This document shows, one piece after another, positions 39,681 to 51,730 of a stretch of DNA of 64,000 nt (position 1 is the first letter of the stretch; the number at the start of each line of letters is the position of its first letter). The stretch covers positions 1 to 64,000 of IMG/VR virus record IMGVR_UViG_3300021387_000090. One strand, written 5' to 3'. The position numbers were made by a program, and so were the translations under genes. The notes beneath the pieces are model-generated. The model searched no databases. It was not told where the DNA came from and saw only the letters and a list, made by a program, of their open reading frames with translations. This DNA comes from a virus (Duplodnaviria; Caudoviricetes).

Positions 39681-42600
39681 GTGCCTTCTAATTTTAGTGA
39701 TTTATTAAATAATGGAATTGTCAGCAATGATGAAGTAACCCCAACAGTTAATAGTAATAGATTAATGGCGGCTACAGATACTATTGCTGATGATACTGAA
39801 GAATGGACTAGAATAGTGAATGGTGTATATGAGTGGTATGATGAGTACACTGATGATCAAGGGCTGTCTACGGTTGATGCGAACAAACTTGTAACATTAG
39901 CGCCCAATCAAACCAATATCACGCAAGAAAGCAATTCACAATATATCAGTTTTAGAATGCAAAGATATTATGATGGCGTTGATCTTACTCAGATGACCAT
40001 TCGTTTTTATATCGTTAATTCTAAGAATGAGGGATATATTCTGCCAGCTTGTAATGTGTCGTATAATCAGAATTATATTAAATTTCATATGCTTGTAAAC
40101 GATGCTATGACACAAGTTGCTGGCACATTGAAATTTGAAATACAGGCTAGTGGTACGACTTCTGCGGGTACATACCGCTGGAAGACGAGATCTAATTCTC
40201 AATTAACTGTATTAGAAGCGTTATCTTATGATGATTTAATTGAGCCTAGTGATGGTTGGCAATCTTATCTGATTCAAATTGATAATGCAGTATCACAGGC
40301 TGAGACTGCTGCGCATACTGCTGAACAAGCGGTTGAATCTGTATCTGAAAAATTAGATGAATTTGATCAAGAAAAAGATAATGTAACTGCTGCTGTTGAG
40401 GAGAATGTCCGAAATGACATGAACGATACTATTGCCAATGCGCTTAGTACTGCACTAGATGATTATTATACGAAAGATGAAGTAGACAGTAAAGCTACAA
40501 ATCTTACTGTTAACTATAATACTAGCACTCATGTAATGACTTTCTTAGATAATGGTACACAATTCGCAGAATATGATTTGTCACAAGATCCTTCTCAGAC
40601 ATGGACATCTAATTTTAGAGAAAATGCTATTGCATCTGATATTCAATCTGCTATTAATACCGCTTTAAATAATTATTATACTAAAGCAGAAATTGATGAC
40701 AGCTTATTAACCATTAATTCTGCAATCGATGCATTAGAAGCGAAGTTGGATGGTGACGATTATTATACTGCGTCTGAAGTAGATGCTAAAGTAGCAACAA
40801 AAGCGGATTCTTCTACCGTTACAGCTATCCAAAATCAAATGAATGAAATTGCTTCTACAGCAAATTCAAATAAATCTAATATTACAACTATTGGTACTAA
40901 GATAGCTGAGTTAGAAGACGCAATTGCTGATATTGATACTTCCGAGTCTGCTATTAAGTATTATATCACTTATGATACTGATGATAGCTTAAGTGATGCT
41001 GAGAAATATATGCTGACTCTTTGGACATATGAAGGGGATGAATTTGTTCGTTCTAATGCCACTGCTGTTTGTGCAGTAAAGGTTGTCGGAGGTGGTGGAG
41101 GTGGACAATCTTCCTCTTCTACTATTACAATCTCCTATATTACAACGACTCCTGTTATTGTAAGGACGGGATCCAATATTGTATTACAATATCATTATCG
41201 TTCTGTAGATACTTCTGGGGTAGATATTGGTGGTACTGCTACATGGAGAATTGGCAACACTATTATTGGTACTCAAGTATTGACATCTAATACAGATAAT
41301 GAATTTGATGTAACGAATTTTGTTTCTTTGGGTACACAAAAAGTAACCTTAAGTATTACAGATGATAATGGTACTCTTGCTACTCGTGTTTGGACAGTAC
41401 AAGTTGTAGATGTACGATTGGAATCTAGTTTTAATGATACTTTTACTTATCCTATGGGGCCAATAAGTTTTGACTATACACCTTATGGAAGTATTAGTAA
41501 AGTGGTTCATTTCAAACTTGATGGTAATGAAATTGGAACTGTAACAACAACCTCTTCTGGTTTGCCAATGGGATTTGATATTCCTACACAAACTCATGGG
41601 GCGCATTTGTTGGATGCTTATATTACAGCAACAATTAGTGGAACTGATATTGAAACGGATCATATTTATAAAGATATTATTTGGTATAATGAGAATTCTA
41701 CTATTCCTGTAATTGGTGTTAATACACAAAATATTACTGCACAACAGTATGATACCAATAATATTACTTATACGGTATATGATCCTAATACAGAAACTCC
41801 TACTGTAACTTTTGCAGTTGACGGTGAACCTATTGCTACAAATATTGTAACGAATGGTGCGCATATTTGGAGTTATAAAGGTACTGTAGTTGGTAATCAT
41901 GTTTTAACTATTACTTGTCGTGATGTTATTAAAACTATTAATCTTACTGTCACAAAATTAGATATTGATATTGAACCTATTACCGCTAATTTGCAATTGG
42001 ATTTTAATCCTACTGGAATGAGTAATAACAGTGCTGATCGTTTGTGGTCAAATGGTACTTATCATATGTCAGTATCAGATAATTTTGATTGGGTAAATGG
42101 TGGATATCAGCTTGATGAAAACGGTGATCAATATTTTGGTATTAAAGCGGGAACTACTGCAACTTTTGATTACAAATTATTTGGTGATGATGCTAAACGT
42201 AATGGTAAGGAATTCAAGTTGGTCTTTAAAGTAGCAAATGTACGGGATATTGACACTACATGGATGTCTTGTATGGGAACAACTGGTACTGCTAATGTGG
42301 GTATATATATGAAGCCTCATGAGGCATATATTAATTCAAGTACCAATACTTTAATGTCTCCCATTGCCGAGGAGGACATTATTGAGTTTGAATTTAATAT
42401 AGCTAAAGATACTGCCAACATTCCTATGGTTATGACTTATGAAGATGGTGTAGCCCTTCGTCCTAAAGTGTATGGTTCTGATGATTCTTTTACTCAAGAT
42501 ACGCCTACGGATATTGTATTTGGATCTACTGAGTGCGATATTCGAATTTATAGAATGAAATGCTATAACTCTTCTCTTTCTGACAGTAATATTTTAACGA

Positions 42601-45600
42601 ACTTTATTGCTGATGCTAGAAATGCTGAAGAAATGGTAAATCGTTATGATCGTAACCAAATTTATGATGAGAATAACAATTTGACCCCTGATAGCGTTGC
42701 AGAAGCTTGTCCTCAATTAAGAGTGATAAAAATTGATTGTCCTCATTTTACTAACGATAAAAAAGATAAAGTAGCAGACACTACCATCGAGTATATCTAT
42801 CGTGATGGTGATCCTGTATTGGATAACTGGATTGCTACTGGTGCTTCGCACAGCGGACAGGGGACAACTAGTAATGAGTATGCTGCTGCTGGACGAAATT
42901 TGGATCTGATAATGAATACAGATACTACGGTGATTACACTTGGTGATGGAACTACAACTGCAAGTAAGATTAGTTTAACTCGTACTTCAGTGCCTGTTAA
43001 CTACTTAAATGTGAAGGTGAATATTGCCAGTTCTGAAAATGCTAACAATGCTTTGTTACAAAAGAGATACGACAGATACTTACCATATGTAAGTGAGCCT
43101 AAAAAAGCAGATCCTAAAGTAAAGAACACGATGGAGTTTTATAACTGTGTAATCTTTGTGCGTGAGAACGATTCTGATCTTACTACTCATAGAGAATATG
43201 ATGATACTGATTGGCATTTTTATGCTATTGGCAATGTTGGTGATTCTAAGAAGACAGATAAAACTCGTGTTGTAGACTCTTCTGACCCTAAAGAATTCTG
43301 TGTGGAAATAATGGATAATACTTTCCCGAATTCGACATTCCCCGGTGGTACAGAAGCCTTAGCAAACTTGGACGCTGACACCTTTAGTGAAAAGACTGGT
43401 GAAACTTATGGTCTTCGGTATGAGTATAAGAATATAACCACCGAAGAACATGAAGCTAATCTTGAAGCTTTTAGAGATTTCTATAGATTTGTAGTTAATT
43501 CAACAGATCAGGAATTCCATGATAATCTTGGAGATTATTTCGTGTTAGATTCTGCTCTTTATTTCTATCTTTATACTCTGCAATGGACAATGATTGATAA
43601 CCGTGCAAAGAACACTTTCTGGTGGAGACATAAATGTGAAGATGGTGAATATAGATTTGAATTCTGGGGATACGATTTTGACTCGGGCCTCGGAATCAAC
43701 AATTCGGGCGAGATGACAATGCCTTATGGCAGAGAAGATATGGATTATCGAACAGAAGGAGATCCTAATTCTGGGTATATCTTTAACGCCGCTGAATCCA
43801 CATTCTTCTGTCGTGTGAGAGATTTGTTCCAGACTGAACTACAAGCCATGTATCTGACTTGTGAATCAAACAATGCTTGGAATCCCGAAAGTATGATTCA
43901 AGAGTTTGATAATTGGCAAGCACAATTCCCTGAAGAATTATGGAGATTAGATATTACCAATAAATATATCAATTCTTATCTTGGAAAGGGTAGATTCTAC
44001 TCTGCTACACCTCGTTTCTTAACTACCATGATGAATGGACGTAAGAAATATCATAGACGGCAGTTTATCAGGGATCAAGTAATGTATATGGCAACTAAAT
44101 GGTATGGTAGTTATGCTACGTCTGATCAGATCATGTTTAGATGTAACACACCCACATCTGCTGTTGTTTCTCCTGATTATACTCTGCATTTGACACCTTA
44201 CGCAGATATGTATTTGTCTGTAATGTTTGGTGCGACTTCTAGAAAACAGGTTCGTGCAAAAGCTGGCATTGAATATACTATTACTTGTCCTCTTACAACG
44301 ATGGATGATACAGCGGTGCTGATTTATGGCGCCTCTAGGATTCAATCTGTGGGTGATTTAAGTACTTGTTATGTACATGATAATGATTTCTCAAAAGCCG
44401 TAAAGCTTCGTTCTTTGACAATTGGTAGTACTATAGAGGGATACAACAATGTATTCTTGACTACTCTTAATTTAGGTAATAATGCGTTATTACAAACTCT
44501 TGACATTAGAAATAATCCTAATCTGACAGGAACTTTAAATCTGTCTGGATGCCCTAGCCTAGAAACTTTACAGGCTACTGGAACAAGTTTGACTGGTGTT
44601 ATATTTGCAGATGGTGGTAAAATTAAGACAGCTTATTTACCTGCAATAAATTCTTTGACAATAAAGAATTTGTTATATTTAACCACTTTGTCATTAGCGG
44701 GGTATAATAATTTGTCAAGGATTGTGGCAGAAAATTGCCCTACTGTTGATCTAATTGCAATTATTACGAACGCCACTGCATTAACAAGATTAAGGGCTAC
44801 ACAGGTTGATTGGACAGTAGTTGACAATTGGTTGAAACCATTATTGAATCTTTCAGGCGTGGATGCGTCTGGTTATGATACAACGAAATCTGTATTAACT
44901 GGTACTGCTCATTTAGCGGCTACAGATACCTTTACTCTGAATGAATATAACACACAATGGCCTGATTTGGTTATTGATGTACCACCTTCAGCAGTATTAC
45001 AAGCCTATACCGTAACCTTTAAGAATCCTGAAATAGATCCTGAAAAAAAGGTTCTTGATGTACAACATATTATTGAAGGTGAGAATGCTGTAGATCCTAT
45101 TACTCGTGCGGTTAATCCTATTGCTATTCCCACTATGGTTGTTTATCTGGAAGATGGAAAAACCATTGCTAAAGACTATACATTTACTGGATGGGATTTA
45201 GCATTAACCAATATTAGGAGTAATCGTACAATTACAGCAGTTTATGATGAATCAGAACATCAATATACTGTACGGTTTTTAGATTTGGATAATACTGTAT
45301 TAGAAACTATTCAAGCACCTTACGGCTCTAGTGTTGAATATTCTGGTACAACGCCTGTATACACCAAGCAAGAGTCCTCTTATGTATATAATTTATTTGA
45401 GGGTTGGGATAGTTATCCTATTGTAACAGGAGACATTGATATTAAGGCAAAATATCAAACTTATCGTTATAACGAAGAAGAATTGAATAATATGAGTTTA
45501 TCACAAATGACCCCTACTCAAATTTATTCCATCCTTCAGAACAAACGGAGTGGTGCATTACCAATAACCATTAATTCTAAAGATAGTATTAGTTTTAAGG

Positions 45601-46763
45601 TAGGTATTGATTATGAATATGATAATGTTGAGTCTGTAGAACTCTTCCAAACTGAAAGAACTTTTAACGGCACATCGAATGATTATTATGATACAGAAAT
45701 TGCTTTATTAGATAATGATTCTGATTGGACGTTGGTTATTGATTATAAATGGGATTCTACTGCTGCAAATAATAGCGTTTTATTCCAATGTTATCAAGGC
45801 TATGGTTCTAATGGTTTTAGATTTAGAAATACAAGTGGCTATAAGGTCATTTGGGGAACTAATAATTTATCTGTAGGTGCTGTAAATACTAGAGATATGA
45901 TCGTATTACGACATCTTGCTGGCAATAATACATTGCATATTTATTCTGGTAATCTGCCTAATGAAACTATTTTCTATAATACATTATCTGCGACTCGAAG
46001 CGTAACAACCAATAATGCAACTCTTGTATTTGGGGCTTCTATCGATGATGATGGTGCTGTGAGTTCTTATGCTAAAGGGACTATTTATTCTGCCAAACTT
46101 TATTATGCTGATCTTGGCGATAAAGCTTGTCGAGATATGGTATTATGGCCTAGAGAAACTATTACCGCTGAAATGGCGGGATTTAGAAGATATTACTTGG
46201 CTGATGGTTCTGGTGCAAGAAGCAATATGACTTTCTTAGGTAGTCATTTGCTGTCCAACCCTATGAATGTAATGTCTGGGGGAAGTAATGTGGGTGGATG
46301 GCTTGTTACTCCTAATAGAAGAATTTTAAACAATAGATTCTATAATGCTATTCCTATTTTATGGAGACAGTTAATTAAGCAAGTTCAGATTTCTGCCAAT
46401 ACAGGACACATTGAAACAGCAACTAACGAAACAAATGCGGAAGTAACTACAGGTGCATGTTACATTGCTCTTCCGTCTATTTTATCATTAAATGCTAACT
46501 ATGATCGAATACCATATAACTTGGAAGCGGGTGAGCCTGATGCTTATGGTAATTATACCATCGATTATGTTCTTACCAACGAAAATAGAATGAGATATTA
46601 TCCTGACGGAACTTTAGGAAAATATGCTACAAGATCTGCCATGCCTAATTATAACTATACATGGTTTTATATTGTAGGCACTGATAATTATTATGCCGCT
46701 GGTTCTGAAGATTATTGGTCACCTTCAGGTGATATGGGTATATGTATCGAGTTTTCAATTTAA
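39681..46763 (+). CDS. giant multidomain tail protein: BppU-like N-terminus, coiled coil, Ig/LamG-like, CotH-kinase-like, LRR, B-repeat-like and C-terminal C-type-lectin-like domains
   Basis: GTG start after AAGGAGG. Motifs: YYTK.E.D repeats; IDNRAKN...YDFDSGLG; L..LNL...L..LD LRRs; YTFTGWD/FEGWD; SNVGGW...TRS...GICIEFSI terminus. Confidence 0.75.
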   Translation: MPSNFSDLLNNGIVSNDEVTPTVNSNRLMAATDTIADDTEEWTRIVNGVYEWYDEYTDDQGLSTVDANKLVTLAPNQTNITQESNSQYISFRMQRYYDGVDLTQMTIRFYIVNSKNEGYILPACNVSYNQNYIKFHMLVNDAMTQVAGTLKFEIQASGTTSAGTYRWKTRSNSQLTVLEALSYDDLIEPSDGWQSYLIQIDNAVSQAETAAHTAEQAVESVSEKLDEFDQEKDNVTAAVEENVRNDMNDTIANALSTALDDYYTKDEVDSKATNLTVNYNTSTHVMTFLDNGTQFAEYDLSQDPSQTWTSNFRENAIASDIQSAINTALNNYYTKAEIDDSLLTINSAIDALEAKLDGDDYYTASEVDAKVATKADSSTVTAIQNQMNEIASTANSNKSNITTIGTKIAELEDAIADIDTSESAIKYYITYDTDDSLSDAEKYMLTLWTYEGDEFVRSNATAVCAVKVVGGGGGGQSSSSTITISYITTTPVIVRTGSNIVLQYHYRSVDTSGVDIGGTATWRIGNTIIGTQVLTSNTDNEFDVTNFVSLGTQKVTLSITDDNGTLATRVWTVQVVDVRLESSFNDTFTYPMGPISFDYTPYGSISKVVHFKLDGNEIGTVTTTSSGLPMGFDIPTQTHGAHLLDAYITATISGTDIETDHIYKDIIWYNENSTIPVIGVNTQNITAQQYDTNNITYTVYDPNTETPTVTFAVDGEPIATNIVTNGAHIWSYKGTVVGNHVLTITCRDVIKTINLTVTKLDIDIEPITANLQLDFNPTGMSNNSADRLWSNGTYHMSVSDNFDWVNGGYQLDENGDQYFGIKAGTTATFDYKLFGDDAKRNGKEFKLVFKVANVRDIDTTWMSCMGTTGTANVGIYMKPHEAYINSSTNTLMSPIAEEDIIEFEFNIAKDTANIPMVMTYEDGVALRPKVYGSDDSFTQDTPTDIVFGSTECDIRIYRMKCYNSSLSDSNILTNFIADARNAEEMVNRYDRNQIYDENNNLTPDSVAEACPQLRVIKIDCPHFTNDKKDKVADTTIEYIYRDGDPVLDNWIATGASHSGQGTTSNEYAAAGRNLDLIMNTDTTVITLGDGTTTASKISLTRTSVPVNYLNVKVNIASSENANNALLQKRYDRYLPYVSEPKKADPKVKNTMEFYNCVIFVRENDSDLTTHREYDDTDWHFYAIGNVGDSKKTDKTRVVDSSDPKEFCVEIMDNTFPNSTFPGGTEALANLDADTFSEKTGETYGLRYEYKNITTEEHEANLEAFRDFYRFVVNSTDQEFHDNLGDYFVLDSALYFYLYTLQWTMIDNRAKNTFWWRHKCEDGEYRFEFWGYDFDSGLGINNSGEMTMPYGREDMDYRTEGDPNSGYIFNAAESTFFCRVRDLFQTELQAMYLTCESNNAWNPESMIQEFDNWQAQFPEELWRLDITNKYINSYLGKGRFYSATPRFLTTMMNGRKKYHRRQFIRDQVMYMATKWYGSYATSDQIMFRCNTPTSAVVSPDYTLHLTPYADMYLSVMFGATSRKQVRAKAGIEYTITCPLTTMDDTAVLIYGASRIQSVGDLSTCYVHDNDFSKAVKLRSLTIGSTIEGYNNVFLTTLNLGNNALLQTLDIRNNPNLTGTLNLSGCPSLETLQATGTSLTGVIFADGGKIKTAYLPAINSLTIKNLLYLTTLSLAGYNNLSRIVAENCPTVDLIAIITNATALTRLRATQVDWTVVDNWLKPLLNLSGVDASGYDTTKSVLTGTAHLAATDTFTLNEYNTQWPDLVIDVPPSAVLQAYTVTFKNPEIDPEKKVLDVQHIIEGENAVDPITRAVNPIAIPTMVVYLEDGKTIAKDYTFTGWDLALTNIRSNRTITAVYDESEHQYTVRFLDLDNTVLETIQAPYGSSVEYSGTTPVYTKQESSYVYNLFEGWDSYPIVTGDIDIKAKYQTYRYNEEELNNMSLSQMTPTQIYSILQNKRSGALPITINSKDSISFKVGIDYEYDNVESVELFQTERTFNGTSNDYYDTEIALLDNDSDWTLVIDYKWDSTAANNSVLFQCYQGYGSNGFRFRNTSGYKVIWGTNNLSVGAVNTRDMIVLRHLAGNNTLHIYSGNLPNETIFYNTLSATRSVTTNNATLVFGASIDDDGAVSSYAKGTIYSAKLYYADLGDKACRDMVLWPRETITAEMAGFRRYYLADGSGARSNMTFLGSHLLSNPMNVMSGGSNVGGWLVTPNRRILNNRFYNAIPILWRQLIKQVQISANTGHIETATNETNAEVTTGACYIALPSILSLNANYDRIPYNLEAGEPDAYGNYTIDYVLTNENRMRYYPDGTLGKYATRSAMPNYNYTWFYIVGTDNYYAAGSEDYWSPSGDMGICIEFSI

Positions 46764-46772
46764 TATATTATT

Positions 46773-46802
46773 TCAAGGCGTATCTTTTATGATACGCCTT
46801 GA
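46773..46802 (+). other. perfect 12-bp hairpin just after the stop codon
   Basis: tcaaggcgtatc-ttttat-gatacgccttga; lacks a clear U tract. Confidence 0.6.
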
Positions 46803-46826
46803 CTTGTTATAAAGGAGATTGACCCT

Positions 46827-47159
46827 ATGATTAAGTATTTTAAAATTATTTGGAATCGTAATGTAATTGATTTATTGCATTATGATGAATTAGTTGGGCC
46901 AACATATATCAAATTTCAAGAGGTTCATGGAATCCCACTGCGATGTGGGAAAGTGGATGCTCAAGGATTTCTATCTGATTATGATAAGATTTATAATACA
47001 AGTGATTTGTTGCCATTTCCTTCTAATAATATGTATCCTACTGTTACCTTAGAAGAAATTTCTGAAAATGAATATAATGGTATTAAGAGTAAAGATTTTA
47101 AAACCGCTCAACAAATTAGGGAAGATTTCTTAATAGAGTTGTTAGAAAGGGGTTTTTGA
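46827..47159 (+). CDS. hypothetical tail protein (XkdW-like position)
   Basis: AAAGGAG RBS; precedes an XkdX-like gene. Confidence 0.6.
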   Translation: MIKYFKIIWNRNVIDLLHYDELVGPTYIKFQEVHGIPLRCGKVDAQGFLSDYDKIYNTSDLLPFPSNNMYPTVTLEEISENEYNGIKSKDFKTAQQIREDFLIELLERGF

Positions 47160-47160
47160 T

Positions 47161-47313
47161 ATGGAAAAAGACGTTATTAAATATGATGATACTGTCATTA
47201 CTCTTAAATCCTTGTACGAACAAAAGCGAATTGATAAAACAAAAGTCCAACTATTATTTGCAAGTAAAAAAATTACGTTGGAAGAATATGAATATATAAT
47301 TAACGAGAAATAA
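47161..47313 (+). CDS. XkdX-like small protein (50 aa), absent from the ORF track
   Basis: MEKDVIKYDDTVITLKSLYEQKRIDKTKVQLLFASKKITLEEYEYIINEK; KIT.EEY..I motif; GAAAGGGG RBS; fills the intergenic gap. Confidence 0.75.
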   Translation: MEKDVIKYDDTVITLKSLYEQKRIDKTKVQLLFASKKITLEEYEYIINEK

Positions 47314-47329
47314 GAAAGGAGGATGTACT

Positions 47330-48010
47330 ATGAATACATATCTGTTTCAAAATGATAACAGTATCATTCTTACAGAGTCTACTGGTGCAATTACAGAACG
47401 TAGTAATTCTGTTGATACATTAAGAATTGTCGTACCTAAATTATATAATGAGACATTCGATATGAGTGAATTCAGTGGGCTTTTTGAATACAAACTGCCT
47501 ATTAGTAATGCATCTGGTCTGTTCGAATTGGTACTTGCAGATGATAATTATAAAGAAGATTATTTATTGTATACCCTTCCTGATACTGTATTAACTACTG
47601 ATCTTACTAAAGAAGTTGGGAATGTTGAATTTAGTTTAACATTCGCAAAAGCTGAATTAGATGAAGAGGGCAATACGATTGAAAGGATCCGTCAAAGTGC
47701 TGGTCATGCAATTTTAAAGATTATTCCTATTGCAAGTTGGTTAACTCCTTCTGATAAAGAGATATCTACGCTTGCTTCAATGTATATTGAAAATAAGAAA
47801 GTTGCTCTGGCTCTTGCTGATCTTGCCGCTACATTGGGCAATACCAAATTAGATGATTTAGTTGTAAATACTGATGATAATAGATTGTATGGTACGGCAA
47901 ATGGTGCTATTACTGGTGAGGGCGTTGATTTAGCAACACTGAATCAAATCTTAGTTAGACTTGGTGGTTCTGCTGCGGATAATGGTAATATTCATATTCA
48001 GCAAATCTAA
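47330..48010 (+). CDS. second BppU-like baseplate protein
   Basis: DTLRIVVPKLY...LTKEVGNVEFSLTF resembles the BppU N-domain. Confidence 0.55.
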   Translation: MNTYLFQNDNSIILTESTGAITERSNSVDTLRIVVPKLYNETFDMSEFSGLFEYKLPISNASGLFELVLADDNYKEDYLLYTLPDTVLTTDLTKEVGNVEFSLTFAKAELDEEGNTIERIRQSAGHAILKIIPIASWLTPSDKEISTLASMYIENKKVALALADLAATLGNTKLDDLVVNTDDNRLYGTANGAITGEGVDLATLNQILVRLGGSAADNGNIHIQQI

Positions 48011-48024
48011 AGGAAGGTGATTTT

Positions 48025-48918
48025 ATGGCAATGGACTATAGATCACATTCTAGATTTTTCTTCACGGATTATCGAAGAATACAAGATGCAATAAATGCAG
48101 GAACAATTAATCAATGGGACATTGTATTATGTTCTGATACACAAGAAATGCTTCTTGTCGGTGAAAATTTTGATTTAATTCCTATTCATTCTAAGGTATA
48201 TCGATTTGTTAGTGTATCTGATGCTGAAACATATCTAAACACTGCAACAGATAGTTATCAAGGTCAGATTGTTTCAATTCTTGATACAACATCTGGTACA
48301 TATAAAGCTTATATGGTAAATGGCAGCACAGGACATTATTATGTTACTGCTATCAGTGTTTATAATGCCTCAGATATTAATTACAACGAAATTGGAAATC
48401 GTCCTATAGAACAATTATATGGAGACATTGAGCATCCTGTAGTGCTTTCATCTTTAGAAAATGGATTTTATAAAGTCCATGGTGCATATAAAGTAAGCAC
48501 TAAATTAATTACAATTTTTCAAAGTGATGGGAATCATGTTATTGTAGTAAATCATAACGAACCTGAGTCTGAAGAAAATACTGAAACTACTAGTATTAAA
48601 GTAATTACAGATGCCTCAATAACAGATTATATTGTCAATAACACTGACACTGTTATTGAGAGAAATAATTATGCTACAAAGCAATGGGTTGAATCTCAGG
48701 GATATATTACTGATGCTGACTTTGATGCAAAAATTCAAGCATTGGATATTATGACCAGAGAAAATGCCGAAGCGTATATTCAAGAATTAATTCGTGAAGG
48801 TGTGGAAAATATAGTAACTGAAATGTTTGATGATCAATTTAACGAAAGATTTGACACAAGATTAGATATAAAGATGCAAGCAGAAGATAATAGTTCTATC
48901 CAAAACTTGTTTAATTAA
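48025..48918 (+). CDS. tail fibre adaptor protein
   Basis: N-terminus similar to the 35321 protein; YQGQIVSI, YNEIGNRP and YATKQWV fibre motifs. Confidence 0.65.
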   Translation: MAMDYRSHSRFFFTDYRRIQDAINAGTINQWDIVLCSDTQEMLLVGENFDLIPIHSKVYRFVSVSDAETYLNTATDSYQGQIVSILDTTSGTYKAYMVNGSTGHYYVTAISVYNASDINYNEIGNRPIEQLYGDIEHPVVLSSLENGFYKVHGAYKVSTKLITIFQSDGNHVIVVNHNEPESEENTETTSIKVITDASITDYIVNNTDTVIERNNYATKQWVESQGYITDADFDAKIQALDIMTRENAEAYIQELIREGVENIVTEMFDDQFNERFDTRLDIKMQAEDNSSIQNLFN

Positions 48919-48954
48919 ATCCTCAAGCTTAATTAAGTAGAAGGAGGTAACTAT

Positions 48955-49587
48955 ATGGCTAAATATATTTCGTTAGATAATCTAACTACATATGATGGTC
49001 TAATAAAACAATTGATAACAACGACACATGCGCAGTCTATTCAAACTGTAGCATTGTCTAATGATAACACACAACTTTTATTTTATAAAGAGTCTGAACC
49101 GCTGAGTGCGGGTGCATCTCCTGCTTATAGTATTACAATTCCTCATCAAAGCTTGGATGCATTAATGCGGAAAGTAATTTCTGCTACGAGTGGGAACATT
49201 GCTGTTTTTGATGCTAATGGTGCGGTGATTGATGGTAATGTCGCATTAAACGATCTCGTTACCGAAACAGAGGTGCAAACTATTGTTAACCAAGCAGTAG
49301 CCGCCGCTAATATGATTCAGGCTCAAATTGTAGAAACATTGCCCGATCCTGCAACTGCGAGTTCAAATATTATTTATCTGATTAAAGATAATGCATCAGG
49401 TGCTGATGATAAGTATAAAGAATATATGCTTATTAGTGGTACAATGACAATGATTGGGGACACAGGAGTCGATCTGACTGGCTATGCTACTGAACAGTAT
49501 GTAAATGACCGTATTGCGGCTTTGAATATTCCTGACATTCAAGCGGCAACTACTGCGGAAATTCAGGCGTTATTTACGACACCTTAA
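48955..49587 (+). CDS. tail fibre/adaptor protein
   Basis: IVETLP...NIIYLI...YKEYM..IG..VDLTGYAT motif common in fibre proteins. Confidence 0.7.
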   Translation: MAKYISLDNLTTYDGLIKQLITTTHAQSIQTVALSNDNTQLLFYKESEPLSAGASPAYSITIPHQSLDALMRKVISATSGNIAVFDANGAVIDGNVALNDLVTETEVQTIVNQAVAAANMIQAQIVETLPDPATASSNIIYLIKDNASGADDKYKEYMLISGTMTMIGDTGVDLTGYATEQYVNDRIAALNIPDIQAATTAEIQALFTTP

Positions 49588-49631
49588 TTTAAGGAATAAT
49601 TAAGAATATTATAAGAAAGGAGGATTCTCAT

Positions 49632-49916
49632 ATGGCAAGTTCTGCGGATGCCAACAAATATATTAATCTTCCGGGGTTAGAAACATATACTGAGGAAATC
49701 AAGAAATTAATTCGACAAATGATTAATGAATCCTCTGATGATTTTGAAATAGTTACTGCGGATACTTATTTAGAGTTCCCACTTATTGGTAACGAAGATA
49801 AATTATATATCGACTCTGGGGCAAATAAGACTTATAGATGGGATGATACGAATTTAAAGTATTATTGTGTTGGAAGTGATTATGATGATATTTCTCAGAT
49901 CGATGGAACTTTTTAA
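49632..49916 (+). CDS. small fibre adaptor protein
   Basis: FPLIGNEDKLYID...YRWD motif; ends in IDGTF. Confidence 0.65.
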   Translation: MASSADANKYINLPGLETYTEEIKKLIRQMINESSDDFEIVTADTYLEFPLIGNEDKLYIDSGANKTYRWDDTNLKYYCVGSDYDDISQIDGTF

Positions 49917-49933
49917 AGAAAGGAGTATGAACG

Positions 49934-51535
49934 ATGGCTAATACTACTCTCAAGTCAAGAATAGTTTTATGTTCAAAAACTTCTACACAATGGGCACAAT
50001 CAGCTAATGCGTCTCTCGTACCGTTAAAGGGTGAGATCTGTGTAGAAACATTTACTGATGCCGCCCCAAAAATAAAAATTGGTGATGGTACAACTACTTT
50101 TGCCAATTTGCCATATGCAACTTTAACAGAAGCTGAAATTCGTTCTATTGTTAATCAGGCCGCATATAATTTGCAACCCGCTACTTCAAGTGTACTTGGT
50201 GGCGTAATGATTGGTTCTAATGTTGATGTTGCCTCTAATGGTACGATTAGTATTAAAGATGCTTCAACCTCTCAAAAGGGTGTTGTTCAATTGAATGATG
50301 CTATTAATAGTACATCTACTACGCAAGCTGCCACTGCGAATGCTGCTAAGAAAGCTTATGATCGTGGTAGTACTGGTATTACTAATGCGGCAACAGCACA
50401 AGCGGCAGCAGAAGCGGCTCAACAGGCGGCTGATCAGGCTCAAGATACCGCTGATGCCAAGATTGGCAGTGTTACTTTAAGTGGTGGCACTAATAACGGC
50501 ACTTTGAAATTAACTGTTGATGGTACTGCTACAGACAACATTGCCGTTACAGGGCTTGGGTCTGCAGCCTATACTGCGACTACTGCTTATGCTACTTCGG
50601 CTCAAGGTACAAAAGCTGATAATGCTATGCCGAAGTCTGGTGGTACTTTTACAGGCGCTGTAACACTGAATGCAGATCCTACCGCCAATCTTGGTGCGGC
50701 TACTAAGCAGTATGTTGATACGCAGATTACAAGTAAAATTAGCGCATCCGATGCTATGGTGTTTAAAGGCACTTTAGGTAGTGGTGGTACTGTAACCGCT
50801 GTTCCCACGACTGGTGTAGTTAAGGGCGATACTTATAAGGTTATTACGGCTGGCACATGGGCGGGTTCAGCTTGCAAAGTTGGTGATCTGTTAATCGCTT
50901 TAAATAGTGGTGCAATTACTGCTAATACAGATAACTGGGCCTATGTACCTTCTGGCGATGAGGCCATTACTACTATTAAATATAGTACCACAACACAGAA
51001 CTTAACGACATCTGCTCAGACTGGTGCTATCACCGTTGGTGAAGCCGCCACAAAGCAAGTCGATACAAGTATTTCTGCGGCTTCTACTTCCACTAAACTG
51101 CCCACATCAGCGGCTGTTGCAAGTTTTGTCGAGGGTAAGGGATACGTTACTACAGACAACAAAGTAACTAATACTCTGAACACTACTACAAAAGCATACG
51201 TCACTGGTACGACTAGTGCTACAACTAATACTGGTGGACAGGTATTTGATACTGGCGTTTATCTTGATACTACAGCAGGTACTTTACATGCTACTAAAAT
51301 GACAGCTACTACATTTGAAGGTGGATTAACTGGTAAAGCAACATCTGCGGGTGCGGCAGATACAGCGGGGAAATTAGCCTCAAGTGTGAATGTAAAAGCA
51401 ACTGGAAAAGCTAGTGGTTCTACAACAACTTTTGATGGTTCTAGTGAATTGCAAGTAAATATTACGTCTTTTGACTCCGCAGGATTAACTCAAACTAGCG
51501 GAGACTATTTAATTCTAGACGGCAATTTTGGTTAA
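49934..51535 (+). CDS. tail fibre protein with Mtd/hyaluronidase-type N-terminal domain
   Basis: PLKGE...KIKIGDG...LPY; ASTSQKGVVQL, GGTFTG and ATKQYVD fibre repeats; very Thr/Ala-rich. Confidence 0.8.
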   Translation: MANTTLKSRIVLCSKTSTQWAQSANASLVPLKGEICVETFTDAAPKIKIGDGTTTFANLPYATLTEAEIRSIVNQAAYNLQPATSSVLGGVMIGSNVDVASNGTISIKDASTSQKGVVQLNDAINSTSTTQAATANAAKKAYDRGSTGITNAATAQAAAEAAQQAADQAQDTADAKIGSVTLSGGTNNGTLKLTVDGTATDNIAVTGLGSAAYTATTAYATSAQGTKADNAMPKSGGTFTGAVTLNADPTANLGAATKQYVDTQITSKISASDAMVFKGTLGSGGTVTAVPTTGVVKGDTYKVITAGTWAGSACKVGDLLIALNSGAITANTDNWAYVPSGDEAITTIKYSTTTQNLTTSAQTGAITVGEAATKQVDTSISAASTSTKLPTSAAVASFVEGKGYVTTDNKVTNTLNTTTKAYVTGTTSATTNTGGQVFDTGVYLDTTAGTLHATKMTATTFEGGLTGKATSAGAADTAGKLASSVNVKATGKASGSTTTFDGSSELQVNITSFDSAGLTQTSGDYLILDGNFG

Positions 51536-51596
51536 TTAATAATAAAGGAAGAAAAAGGAATAATATGAACATAACATTTTTGAATGATAAGACAAT

Positions 51597-51634
51597 AAGA
51601 GGTGAGATTATAAAAACAATTTCACCTCTTTTTA
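51597..51634 (+). terminator. terminator-like hairpin (a second follows at ~51649-51690)
   Basis: aagaggtga...tcacctctt followed by a T run. Confidence 0.5.
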
Positions 51635-51730
51635 ATTTATGAAAAATCAAAGAAGTTTTGAAAATCCTTAATTCCTCAAACTTCTTTTTTATATATAAAC
51701 GAACGTATAAAAATGAAAGGAGGATGACAC

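Noticed and set aside
51566-51643. 25-aa mini-ORF MNITFLNDKTIRGEIIKTISPLFNL
   Set aside because: Weak RBS, overlaps a terminator hairpin, and no other support.
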